From NCBI GenBank assembly GCA_016187465.1, contig JACPJQ010000005.1:163183-227182 (forward strand): a stretch of DNA of 64,000 bases, read 5' to 3'. The stretch comes from Candidatus Woesearchaeota archaeon. GTDB taxonomy: Archaea; Nanobdellota; Nanobdellia; Woesearchaeales; GW2011-AR4. Numbering within the stretch: position 1 is the first letter of the stretch; every line of letters begins with the position of its first letter. The position numbers were made by a program, and so were the translations under genes. A model generated the notes under the pieces. It saw only the letters and a program-made list of their open reading frames with translations, was not told the DNA's origin and searched no databases. This document shows positions 47,835 to 57,025 of the stretch, in pieces.

Positions 47835-49337
47835 ATGGGCAATTCAGCTATTTCTGTAAAGGCATTGAAAATTGAGTTAAGCAAAATCAAAGATAACGCT
47901 TTGCTGGTTGGCTTTTTCAAGGACAGATTAATCCTCAACGCGGAATTAAAAGGATTGGACAGGAAATTTGGAGGCATTATTGATTCGTGCATTAAGGATA
48001 ATAGTTTTAAGGGTGAAAGGGGGGAATTGAAGGGAATTTATACAGATAAGAGTATAAAAAACATTGTTTTAGTCGGATTGGGGGAGGAAGACAAGTACAG
48101 CCTTGAGGCTTTGTCAGCAATAATTGCAGATTCCTCAAAAAGATTGAGGGACAATGGAACTGAAAGCTTTAGTATTTTTATTGATTCTTTTAAGAATAGT
48201 AAATTTCAAGACAAAGAGCTGGTTGAAAAAATAACTTTAAGCATATTGACTGGATTGTACAAGTTTATAGAATACAAAACAAAAGACAAGGACAAAATAA
48301 AGTACATAAAGCAGGCAACATTGATAACAGGCTCTGGCAATGATTTTGAAAAAGAGATAAAATATGCATCTGTAGTTGCAGAAGCAGTGAACAAAACAAG
48401 AGATTTGATAAACACTCCGCCAAATGTCGCTACTCCAGAATATGTGGCACAATATGCAAAAGAGCTTGCCAGTAAAACAGGACTGAAATGCATAGTATTC
48501 GACGAAAACCAGATTAAAAAAATGAAGATGGGCTGCTTTATTGGGGTTGCAGGCGGAAGCGCCCTCAAGCCAAGGCTTGTCGTGCTTGAGTATTATGGAA
48601 CTGACAAAAAGCAGAAGCCTGTTGCAATAGTCGGCAAGGGCATAACTTTTGACAGCGGAGGCTTAAACCTTAAGCCCTATCCGTACATTCTGAATATGAA
48701 AGACGACAAAGGAGGGGCTGTTGCATCAATCCATATAATTGAAGCATGCGCAAGGCTGAAGCTGCCTGTTAATTTGATAGTCATAACTCCGCTTTGCGAG
48801 AATATGCCAAGCGGAACTTCCTACAGGCCTGATGATGTGCTGACAGCTTACAACGGCATGACTGTTGAAATAAAGAACACGGATGCAGAGGGAAGGATGG
48901 TCTTGTGCGATGCCCTTGCCTATGCTGCTGAAAAAAAGCCTCAGGCAGTAATAGACATTGCAACTTTGACAGGTGCAAGCCTGGTTGTTTTGGGCTATGT
49001 TGGCACCCCTTATGTATGTACTAATGAAGGATTAAGGAAAAAAATTAACAACTCTTCTGCAAAAAGCCTTGAAAAACTGTGGGAGATGCCGCTATGGCAG
49101 GAATATGAGGAAAGCCTGAAAAGCGATGTTGCTGATGTGAAGCACATTGGCGATGAAGGGGAAGCCGGAGTTATCACAGCCGCAATGTTCCTGAAATATT
49201 TTGTAGGCGAGATTCCATGGGCCCATATTGACATCGGCACAACAGTCTGGAGCAAGGTTGACAAAGGCATGCTTACGAAAGGCGCGACTGGGGCGACTGT
49301 AAGATTGATGATTGAAATGCTGAGGGAGTGGAAATAG
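47835..49337 (+). CDS. pepA: Leucyl aminopeptidase (M17)
   Basis: VGKGITFDSGG, NTDAEGR, DIATLTGA, WAHIDI. Confidence 0.96.
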   Translation: MGNSAISVKALKIELSKIKDNALLVGFFKDRLILNAELKGLDRKFGGIIDSCIKDNSFKGERGELKGIYTDKSIKNIVLVGLGEEDKYSLEALSAIIADSSKRLRDNGTESFSIFIDSFKNSKFQDKELVEKITLSILTGLYKFIEYKTKDKDKIKYIKQATLITGSGNDFEKEIKYASVVAEAVNKTRDLINTPPNVATPEYVAQYAKELASKTGLKCIVFDENQIKKMKMGCFIGVAGGSALKPRLVVLEYYGTDKKQKPVAIVGKGITFDSGGLNLKPYPYILNMKDDKGGAVASIHIIEACARLKLPVNLIVITPLCENMPSGTSYRPDDVLTAYNGMTVEIKNTDAEGRMVLCDALAYAAEKKPQAVIDIATLTGASLVVLGYVGTPYVCTNEGLRKKINNSSAKSLEKLWEMPLWQEYEESLKSDVADVKHIGDEGEAGVITAAMFLKYFVGEIPWAHIDIGTTVWSKVDKGMLTKGATGATVRLMIEMLREWK

Positions 49338-49373
49338 GCATATTTTTAAAATCCATACAAATTCTAAACACTT

Positions 49374-50309
49374 ATGTACGATGTGATTATTATCGGGGCA
49401 GGCGCTGCCGGCATGACGGCTGCAATTTATACCTGTAGAAAGAAACTGAATACCCTTATTATAAGCATAGACGTAGGGGGCCAGACTAATCTTACCAGCC
49501 ACATTGAGAATTACCCCGGCACAGGCCCTATGCACGGTATCGAGCTTATGCGGAGATTTCAGGATGAAGCAATTGGCTTTGGAGCAGAGCTTGTGATGGG
49601 AAAAGCCAACAAGGTTGACAAAACAGAAAACGGGTTTAAAGTGGGATTGGCGAATAACGAAGCTTATGAATGCAAAGCCCTCATTCTTGCGTATGGCAAA
49701 GTCCCGAAAAGCCTTGGCATTGAAGGCGAGGAAAAATTCATGGGAAGGGGCGTGAGCACTTGCGTGACTTGTGATTTGCCTCTATTCAAAAATAGAGATG
49801 TTGCGGTGATTGGTGGAGGTAACTCTGCTGTTGAAGGTGCCTTAGAGTCAGCAACCATAGCAAAAAAAGTTTATTTGATCCATAGAAGAGAAACTTTCAG
49901 GGCTGACGAGATAACAGTTGAAAAGCTGAAAAACAGCCCAAATGTAGAGCTTGTGCTTAACAGTATACCTGCTAAAGTGATTGGTGACAAAAATGTTGAT
50001 GGGATTGCAGTTGAAAATGTAGTGACAAAAGAAAAAAAGGAGCTGAAGGTTGATGGCGTGTTTATAGAGATTGGATATGTTGTTGACACCTCATTCGTCC
50101 AGCATCTTGTAAAGGTGAATGAAAAAAAGGAGATAATTGTTGATGAAAGGGGCAACACTTCATGCCCCGGAATTTTTTCATGCGGCGACATAACTCCTGT
50201 TCCGTTCAAGCAAACCGTGATAGCAGCAGGAGATGGCGCAAAAGCAGCGCTGGAATGCTACAAATGGCTTACCGGCGGAAAAGGAGCTGTATTGGACTGG
50301 ACTCATTAA
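49374..50309 (+). CDS. trxB: Thioredoxin reductase
   Basis: GAGAAG, IENYPG, CVTCD, GGGNSA, HRR. Confidence 0.94.
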   Translation: MYDVIIIGAGAAGMTAAIYTCRKKLNTLIISIDVGGQTNLTSHIENYPGTGPMHGIELMRRFQDEAIGFGAELVMGKANKVDKTENGFKVGLANNEAYECKALILAYGKVPKSLGIEGEEKFMGRGVSTCVTCDLPLFKNRDVAVIGGGNSAVEGALESATIAKKVYLIHRRETFRADEITVEKLKNSPNVELVLNSIPAKVIGDKNVDGIAVENVVTKEKKELKVDGVFIEIGYVVDTSFVQHLVKVNEKKEIIVDERGNTSCPGIFSCGDITPVPFKQTVIAAGDGAKAALECYKWLTGGKGAVLDWTH

Positions 50310-50310
50310 A

Positions 50311-51039
50311 ATGCCCCAAAACCAGCAAATCCAAGAGCGCATTCTAAAAATATTAAAAATAACAGATGAAACGCCGTTAGTCAAATCGTTTAGGGTGGAG
50401 TTGCCAAAAGAAGTCAACATAAATTTCTATCCTGGCCAGTTCTTTATGGTCTCCTTTGTTGATGATTCTGAAATAAGAACAGCCAGAGCATATTCGATTG
50501 CATCATCGCCATTAAACAAAAACTATTTGGAAATTGCCTTGAATAAAGTCGGTCCGTTCACGACAAAACTGTTTGGCATGAAAGAAGGTGATCTTTTGAA
50601 ATTCAAAGGGCCTTATGGAAAATTCTATTTTAGTGAAGAAATTAAAAATAACTTGGTTTTGATTGCAGGCGGCACAGGCATAACTCCCCTTATGGGGATC
50701 ATGAGATATTGCAATGATGCAAATTTAAGCAACAGAATCAAATTGATTTACAGCGTCAAAACTCCACATGATATAATTTACAGGGACGAATTGAAGAAAA
50801 TAAAAAATGAAAATAAGAATTTTAACTATGTGGTTACTATAACAAGATCAAATGCGGAGCACAGTTGGAAAGGTAAAATAGGAAGAATCAACTTGGATCT
50901 ATTAAAAGAAAATATGGAAGATGTTAAGAATAGCCTTTGTTATCTATGCGGCTCCAAAGAATTCGTGCACAGCATTATAGAAATGCTTGAGAGTTTCGGT
51001 ATTAAGAAAGAGCAGATCAAGACGGATATTTGGGGATAA
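50311..51039 (+). CDS. Ferredoxin-NADP reductase-like FAD-binding oxidoreductase
   Basis: PGQF, RAYSIAS, GPYG, AGGTGITP, YLCG; ATG at 50311. Confidence 0.9.
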   Translation: MPQNQQIQERILKILKITDETPLVKSFRVELPKEVNINFYPGQFFMVSFVDDSEIRTARAYSIASSPLNKNYLEIALNKVGPFTTKLFGMKEGDLLKFKGPYGKFYFSEEIKNNLVLIAGGTGITPLMGIMRYCNDANLSNRIKLIYSVKTPHDIIYRDELKKIKNENKNFNYVVTITRSNAEHSWKGKIGRINLDLLKENMEDVKNSLCYLCGSKEFVHSIIEMLESFGIKKEQIKTDIWG

Positions 51040-51096
51040 AAATAGAAAAGTTTAAATATAATACTTCATATAACTTTATTATATAGGTGATATAAC

Positions 51097-51300
51097 ATGG
51101 AAGTATTGACAAAATTAAGGAAGGTAGGTGGATCTGTTATGGCTCGTATCCCAAAAGAGGTGTTGGAGCATGAGTCTTTGCATCCGGGGGAAACTGTTAA
51201 AATAGAAGTAAAAAAAGTGAAAATAAGCGGATTTGGCATATTTAAGGGTATGAGGTCCTTTACAAAAAAAGATGAGTTTAAGGGACAGCTTGAAGAATGA
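51097..51300 (+). CDS. AbrB/MazE-like antitoxin
   Basis: RKVGGSVMARIPKE. Confidence 0.88.
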   Translation: MEVLTKLRKVGGSVMARIPKEVLEHESLHPGETVKIEVKKVKISGFGIFKGMRSFTKKDEFKGQLEE

Positions 51301-51680
51301 AGTACGTTATCGACGCTTATGCTTGGGTAGAATATTTTATCGAAAGTGATAAAGGAAAAAGAGTTAAAGAGATTGTAGAATATGAGGAAAATGAAATTTT
51401 TACTTCTTTAATAACAATTGCAGAAGTTAGCAGTATAGGAACACGAGAAAAAAGAGATGTAGAGCTTGGAAATAAAACCATAACAAATTTATCAAATATT
51501 TACGGAATTAGCATGGAATTTGCAAAAGAAGCTGGAATTTTGCATGCAGAGATAAGAAAAAAAATTAAGGATTTTGGGTTAGCTGACACATTTGTTTTGA
51601 TTACAGCACGTAAATTGGACGCAAAGATTGTTACTGGCGATCCGCATTTTAAAGGGTTTAAAGATGCTATATTAATTTAA
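51297..51680 (+). CDS. vapC: PIN-domain toxin (VapC)
   Basis: VIDAYAWVEY, GLAD, VTGDPHF. Confidence 0.92.
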   Translation: MKYVIDAYAWVEYFIESDKGKRVKEIVEYEENEIFTSLITIAEVSSIGTREKRDVELGNKTITNLSNIYGISMEFAKEAGILHAEIRKKIKDFGLADTFVLITARKLDAKIVTGDPHFKGFKDAILI

Positions 51681-51759
51681 GCTGGTTTTGGTTGATAGAT
51701 TGGGTGTTTAAATTCTACAAAATTTTGGGTAAATTTTAAATAGTACACACATAATAAAA

Positions 51760-52071
51760 ATACATAAACTACATTTTGAGGTTATTTCATCATTAGGCAG
51801 AAGGATTAGGGTAACAAAAGGATATTGGAATAAGATTATAGAAACAAAGCATGGGATAATGAAAGGCAGGGAAGATCTGGTTAAGGAAACATTAGTAAAT
51901 CCAAATCAAATAAGAAGGAGCAGAAAAGATTCAAATGTTTATTTGCATTATAAACGTGTTAATGGAAAATATAATTGTGTTGTAGCAAAACATTTAAATG
52001 GCGAAGGTTTTATAATTACGACTTATATAACAGATAGGATTAAGGCGGGTGAAGCATATGAAACCAATTAA
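51760..52071 (+). CDS. RelE/BECR-like putative toxin, probable non-canonical ATA start
   Basis: Paralog of 32929..33234; homologous frame extends 33 codons upstream of ATG 51859. Confidence 0.65.
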   Translation: MHKLHFEVISSLGRRIRVTKGYWNKIIETKHGIMKGREDLVKETLVNPNQIRRSRKDSNVYLHYKRVNGKYNCVVAKHLNGEGFIITTYITDRIKAGEAYETN

Positions 52072-52279
52072 GATTTTTTTTGACAAAACAGGGAACACTT
52101 TAAATGTATGGTTTGACGACCCTTCGAAAGAAGCTGTATCTGAAGAAACGTCCGAAGAAGTAATTTTAGTTAAAGACAAGAAAGGCAAAGTTATAGGATT
52201 TGAAGTTCTTAATTACCTGTCATCGACTGATTTGAAAGACTTAAAAAAATTGCCTGTGGAGACGGAGATTTTAGCATGA
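52058..52279 (+). CDS. DUF2283-family putative antitoxin
   Basis: FFDKTGNTLNVWF...KDKKGKVIGFEVLN. Confidence 0.85.
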   Translation: MKPIKIFFDKTGNTLNVWFDDPSKEAVSEETSEEVILVKDKKGKVIGFEVLNYLSSTDLKDLKKLPVETEILA

Positions 52280-52294
52280 TTTTGCGGTGTTTAA

Positions 52295-53179
52295 CTAAGC
52301 TGGATTTGGTTGTGATGTTGGAGTCACTGCTGTAGCTGTCTTTCTGAACCAGCCACCAACCGCAGAGCCTAAATCATATATCGCAGTTGAAACCTTATTA
52401 TAAACCTTGCCTGCATAACTTGAAATGCCGCTGGTGATGTAAAGCGGATTTGCAAATTTAGGAATGTAAGTTAGAGGATTAAGTAATTTTGCATAGTTCA
52501 AGTTTTCTTTTGATAAGAATATTCTATACAATACGTTTGCCACCCCAATTGCAGGGAACAGGTATGGAGCTAAATATGGCAATGCATATGTTGCACCGAC
52601 TGCCGTAGACAACATTGCAGCTAAGGGTATTGTCCTCATTAAGCCCTTCAAATAATTTTTTTTGAAATCCTCGCCAATGCCCTTAAAGGTTTTATTCTTA
52701 ATTAGGTAATCTATTGGATAATAAAGCGCTGTTATTGCCGGGGATAAAGCGCCAAGGAACAAGCCTCCGACAATAAAGGGGCTTACTGGAACAGAATAGC
52801 CGAGAATGTTTGCAACAACATTTTCCAAGCCCAGTGCCTTTGGAAGCTGTTTGGCTGCTTCAACTCCAAGCAAAATCGGCGGTGTTATTAATGCGCCAAC
52901 TATTGACTCATCTCTGAAATGCCTGCTTGTAAATTGTTTTTTTGATTCATCTTTCTCAGCCATCAGCCTTTTTTCTATCATTCCGCCGTATGGAAATGAT
53001 AAAGCAGTGATGAAGCCGTCCAATCCAAACAAAGCAGCAAAAGCGCCTATTGCAGCAGTGCCTATTGCTGAGTTTATCAAACCCCTGCTCGCTTGATTAG
53101 TTTCTGTAATTACACTATCTAATGTAGTCTTCTCTCTCTCCTTTTCTTGAGGTTTCTGCTCTTCTAGATTATCTGCCAT
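52295..53179 (-). CDS. Multi-pass membrane protein, divergent paralog of 53314..54183
   Basis: Shared L(D/E)SV..ET and DYLIKNxTFKG motifs. Confidence 0.8.
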   Translation of the reverse strand: MADNLEEQKPQEKEREKTTLDSVITETNQASRGLINSAIGTAAIGAFAALFGLDGFITALSFPYGGMIEKRLMAEKDESKKQFTSRHFRDESIVGALITPPILLGVEAAKQLPKALGLENVVANILGYSVPVSPFIVGGLFLGALSPAITALYYPIDYLIKNKTFKGIGEDFKKNYLKGLMRTIPLAAMLSTAVGATYALPYLAPYLFPAIGVANVLYRIFLSKENLNYAKLLNPLTYIPKFANPLYITSGISSYAGKVYNKVSTAIYDLGSAVGGWFRKTATAVTPTSQPNPA

Positions 53180-53312
53180 TTTCTTCCTCTAACAATTTTT
53201 TAACAGCATATTCAACAAAATGACTTTTATTCCTGAATTTCCCGCTTCCAATAGTCTTCAGAATATCCAAGACTGATTCTTCGTCCATTGTGATGCTAAG
53301 TTTGTGCTTCAT
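53169..53312 (-). CDS. RHH regulator, copy 1 (47 aa)
   Basis: MKHKLSITMDEESV...GKFRNKSHFVEYAVKKLL; below the ORF cutoff. Confidence 0.85.
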   Translation of the reverse strand: MKHKLSITMDEESVLDILKTIGSGKFRNKSHFVEYAVKKLLEEENGR

Positions 53313-53313
53313 T

Positions 53314-54183
53314 TTAACGCGCTCCTTGCGCCGCTGCCTGTGCGTTTGTTGGAGTTTCAGTTTTTGTCGGCGCTGATTTGTAGAAACCGCTGCCTATTTC
53401 GTAGAGTGCTTTTAATGGATTGTAAACTAATTTGTTGACCGCTTCATAAGCGAGCCTTCCAGCTACTCTGGGCGCTGCAACATAGTAAGGAGTCTTGTCT
53501 CTTTTCTCATCTTCCTGTAACTCACCTTTTTTAGGGGCTCCAAATAAATCAAACAAATAGGTTAATCCTGCTGCTATCGGAACATTCAAAATCGTAGGTG
53601 CGAAAAATACATTTAATAGACTGATTGGTAAAAGATAAGTCCATGCTTTCTTTAAAGTAGGCCAATAATTTTCCTTTATGTATTTTCCAAGACCCTTAAA
53701 AGTTCTGTTTTTTATTAGATAATCCGCGGCTTGATAGAATCCTACATAGGCTGGATAAGCAAAACCGCCCCACACCGCAGCTTTGCCCAAATAACCTAGA
53801 GCACTATCCAACGGAACTTTATGAGCGAGCTTGAACATATAATGAAGAGGTGCTGCAAGTGCCGTACCCATAATAGCTGACTCTAAAACATTTCCAGCCA
53901 TATACTTCTTACTCTTCTTAAGATTAATTGTGGCATCAGCTGCAACTTGGGCTCCTGCCATGATTGCTGTGTCTCTTGCTAAGATTGGATTCCCAAATGA
54001 TTGGGCGGTTAATGCCTGAGCTGTTGGAATTCCTACAGCCAAGCCAAGTTTTATCAAATTCCCAGCTGCATGAATTGTTTCATTCACCACACTCTCCAAA
54101 GCCCCAACTGGCTTTTTCTCTTCCTTTTTCTCTTCATGCGGAGCAGTCTTTGCCGCCTGCTCTAAAGGTGAAGCTTCAGCCAT
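53314..54183 (-). CDS. Mpv17/PMP22-like membrane protein
   Basis: IKENYWPTLKKAWTYLLPISLLNVFFAP resembles the Mpv17/PMP22 signature; ATG 54183. Confidence 0.6.
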   Translation of the reverse strand: MAEASPLEQAAKTAPHEEKKEEKKPVGALESVVNETIHAAGNLIKLGLAVGIPTAQALTAQSFGNPILARDTAIMAGAQVAADATINLKKSKKYMAGNVLESAIMGTALAAPLHYMFKLAHKVPLDSALGYLGKAAVWGGFAYPAYVGFYQAADYLIKNRTFKGLGKYIKENYWPTLKKAWTYLLPISLLNVFFAPTILNVPIAAGLTYLFDLFGAPKKGELQEDEKRDKTPYYVAAPRVAGRLAYEAVNKLVYNPLKALYEIGSGFYKSAPTKTETPTNAQAAAQGAR

Positions 54184-54316
54184 CTTGCTCCTCAAGGAGT
54201 TTCTTGACAGCGTACTCTACGACATGGCTTTTGTTGCGAAACTTGCCGCTAGAAAGAGCTCTCATTATTTCGTGCACTAAGTTTTCGTCTAGAGTCACAC
54301 TTAATTTGTGCTTCAT
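54176..54316 (-). CDS. RHH regulator, copy 2 (46 aa)
   Basis: MKHKLSVTLDENLV...GKFRNKSHVVEYAVKKLL. Confidence 0.85.
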   Translation of the reverse strand: MKHKLSVTLDENLVHEIMRALSSGKFRNKSHVVEYAVKKLLEEQDG

Positions 54317-54481
54317 TTACATTGCCCCAACGCGTTGTTTTATGAGTACTACTTAGTAGTATTTTATACTCCAGTATATAAAGCTTTCCATTTGTAATTA
54401 TTTTAAAGTGGTAACATGAAAGAGAAAGATTTAAATATAAGTGATGATAATAGATTACTATTACATGTAATGTGATGATAA

Positions 54482-55003
54482 ATGATTATTTCAAACAGCT
54501 CGCCGCTAATACTTTTGGCAAAGATAAACAAGCTGAATTTGCTGGAAAAGATGTATAATAAGATAGCAATACCCTACGAGGTTTATAACGAGGTTGTTAT
54601 TAAAGGAAAAAATGAAAATTATAGCGATGCTGCGCTTGTTGAAAAGGATATAAATGAATTTATTTTTGTTAAAGACTTGAATTCAGAAAGTAAGAAGGAG
54701 GCTGAAAAATTAAAGAAAATTTTAGGCTCAGGCGAAAGCGAAGCCATTGCATTATGTGTGCAGGAAAAAGCCAGGTTGCTGCTTATAGATAACTTGGAGC
54801 CTAGAAAAATTGCGCAGATAAAGTCTATAAAATGCAGAAGCACTCCGGGAATATTGCTTGAAGCCCTCAAGAATAAAACAACAACATTCAGCGAATATGA
54901 ATCAGCAATCAAGGAATTGTCAAAATACGCATGGCTGTCTGGCGACATAGTTGCGCATTTTTTAGATGCGGGTTATAAAATCAAGCAAGGTGAAATAAAA
55001 TGA
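54482..55003 (+). CDS. DUF3368-type PIN-domain toxin
   Basis: ISNSSPLI, IPYEVYNE, LGSGESEAI, LLID. Confidence 0.88.
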   Translation: MIISNSSPLILLAKINKLNLLEKMYNKIAIPYEVYNEVVIKGKNENYSDAALVEKDINEFIFVKDLNSESKKEAEKLKKILGSGESEAIALCVQEKARLLLIDNLEPRKIAQIKSIKCRSTPGILLEALKNKTTTFSEYESAIKELSKYAWLSGDIVAHFLDAGYKIKQGEIK

Positions 55004-55305
55004 AATTGGGTAGAGTAAGTATAACAGTTCCGAGGGAGATATTGGAAAAATCTGATAGGATTGCACAAGAAAAGCTGGAAGACAGGTCAACTGTGATGAG
55101 GGAACTATTGGCTTTAGGGCTGGAGCGTTACATGACACAAGAGGCTTTGAAGCAATACAGTGAAGGTAAGATTTCGATGGAGAAGGCTTCGGAAATGGCT
55201 AACGTGTCTATCTGGAAATTTTTGGATGTGCTTAAGGAAAGAAAAATCCCCATAAGATACGACTTGGAGGACATAAAAAAGGAAATAGGGGAGATTATTG
55301 GATAA
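55000..55305 (+). CDS. UPF0175 antitoxin with N-terminal RHH
   Basis: YSEGKISMEKASEMA..S...F. Confidence 0.88.
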   Translation: MKLGRVSITVPREILEKSDRIAQEKLEDRSTVMRELLALGLERYMTQEALKQYSEGKISMEKASEMANVSIWKFLDVLKERKIPIRYDLEDIKKEIGEIIG

Positions 55306-55331
55306 AAAAGAAATGCAAAAGGTAGAACAAC

Positions 55332-55628
55332 ATGGGAATGTTTGATAGTGTAATAGCGGATTTTAAGTGCCCTTATTGCGAATATGGATTAACAAAAGAA
55401 GAGATTGAGAGCACAATTGAAGAAAAAGATGAAACTTGGCAGACTAAAGCTACGCTTAAACTGCTGGACATATACAAAATTGGAGACGAGCCAAAATTTG
55501 GAAAGGTAAAGATAAATGAAGGTTGGATGGAGATCCATCATGTTTGCCCAAAATGCAATAAGTTTGTACAAGCGGAAATAGAAATGAAAAATGGCAGATT
55601 AAGTAATAATTTTAGATACATAAAATAA
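55332..55628 (+). CDS. Small zinc-binding hypothetical protein
   Basis: MGMFD, CPYC, WQTK, YKIGD, CPKC. Confidence 0.75.
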   Translation: MGMFDSVIADFKCPYCEYGLTKEEIESTIEEKDETWQTKATLKLLDIYKIGDEPKFGKVKINEGWMEIHHVCPKCNKFVQAEIEMKNGRLSNNFRYIK

Positions 55629-55888
55629 GGCACGGCATAAATCAATCGAACATGTAAATATCAATTCTAAAATATTTTGTAAACAATAATCATATTAACC
55701 AATTACTCTTTTATACCAAAAAATATATATACCAATTAGTAAACTAATAAGTAAACACAAAGCTTAAATATCACTTCTATACAATTTGGAATATTAAATT
55801 AAAAAATATATACCAAAAAGTATAAATATGATAAATCGAAATGTTTTTATATTATAGGTATATATTCCGATTGGTATAGGGAGTTAGC

Positions 55889-57025
55889 TTGGCCAGAAAA
55901 GAGGCAGTCATTAGAAGAGGTTATTACCTTGATTTGCTAGATAAAAATACGAATTCTTTCAAGAAAGGCTCTGCAAAGCATATCGCTATTCTTGGCTCAA
56001 GGAAATCCGGCAAGACATCAATTGTTAGGGAGCATGTAAAAAATGTCAAAGACATAATTCCGGTTTATATTGACCTTGGGAAAATAAGCTTAAACCCAGA
56101 AAATTTTTCAGTTGAATTCATTGGCAATGTCATTTTCCATTTCCTGAAAAGGCCCTTAAAAGAATATAAAAATTTTTTATTGCTTGAGCATCTGCTTAAA
56201 ATTGAAATAAGCAAAAACGCTTCTTCTCTTATAAAAACTGTTGAGAATGAATTATTGAAAATCAAGCCTGACCAAAGATTGCTTGTTGAAAGCGCTTTCA
56301 GGTTTGCAGAAGAGTTGGGCAAGGAAAATAACAAAAGATTCCTTATTGTTCTGGACAATTTTGAGAATATTCTCGATTTAAACAACTTCTCGCAGATTAA
56401 AGATGTTATTTCAATTATCAATTTCGATGCTGAAAATGTAAGCTACATTGCAGCAAGCTCTGCCGTAAAGCAAATGCTTGCCTTGAAAAAATTTGAATGC
56501 TATGAAATAAAGAATCTTGACAAGAATGAAGCGGCAGAACTGGTAAGATCAATTATAGAAAAAGCCGAGCAAAAAACGATTGATGAAATATTCCTGTTAA
56601 GCAGCGGTAATCCGTTTGTCACAATATCAATATCCAAAAAATATAATGAAACTAAAGATGTTAAAAAAGCGTTTCTTATAGAGCTTCTGCAAAAAAATAA
56701 CTCAATCTATGATTATTGCAGTGATTCATTTAATTACTATTATAACAGGGCCCGGGGCCAGACTCTTCTCAAAACAATCCTGAAAGTTATTGCAAACAAA
56801 GAGCTAAGGCTGAGCGAGATTGCAAAGCGCATTTACAGAAGCGCTCCAGTTACAAAAAGCATTATTGAAAGGCTGATGGAAGTTGACATAATCTACAAGA
56901 AAGACAATAAGTTCTATTTCAGCGATAATACATTGCGCCTTTGGCTGAAATTAACTTCTCACGGTTACGAGTTTGATGAGCTTCCTGATGATAAAATACT
57001 TGATGAGGTTATAAAAGAATTATGA
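55889..57025 (+). CDS. Archaeal ATPase (P-loop) with C-terminal winged HTH
   Basis: GSRKSGKT; atypical Walker B LIVLDNFE; GNP; LSEIAKRI...IERLMEVDII..KFYFSD. Confidence 0.85.
   Translation: MARKEAVIRRGYYLDLLDKNTNSFKKGSAKHIAILGSRKSGKTSIVREHVKNVKDIIPVYIDLGKISLNPENFSVEFIGNVIFHFLKRPLKEYKNFLLLEHLLKIEISKNASSLIKTVENELLKIKPDQRLLVESAFRFAEELGKENNKRFLIVLDNFENILDLNNFSQIKDVISIINFDAENVSYIAASSAVKQMLALKKFECYEIKNLDKNEAAELVRSIIEKAEQKTIDEIFLLSSGNPFVTISISKKYNETKDVKKAFLIELLQKNNSIYDYCSDSFNYYYNRARGQTLLKTILKVIANKELRLSEIAKRIYRSAPVTKSIIERLMEVDIIYKKDNKFYFSDNTLRLWLKLTSHGYEFDELPDDKILDEVIKEL

Noticed and set aside
55889..57025. Orc1/Cdc6 with replication origin
   Set aside because: Lacks Cdc6 signature motifs, and no G-string ORB elements lie upstream
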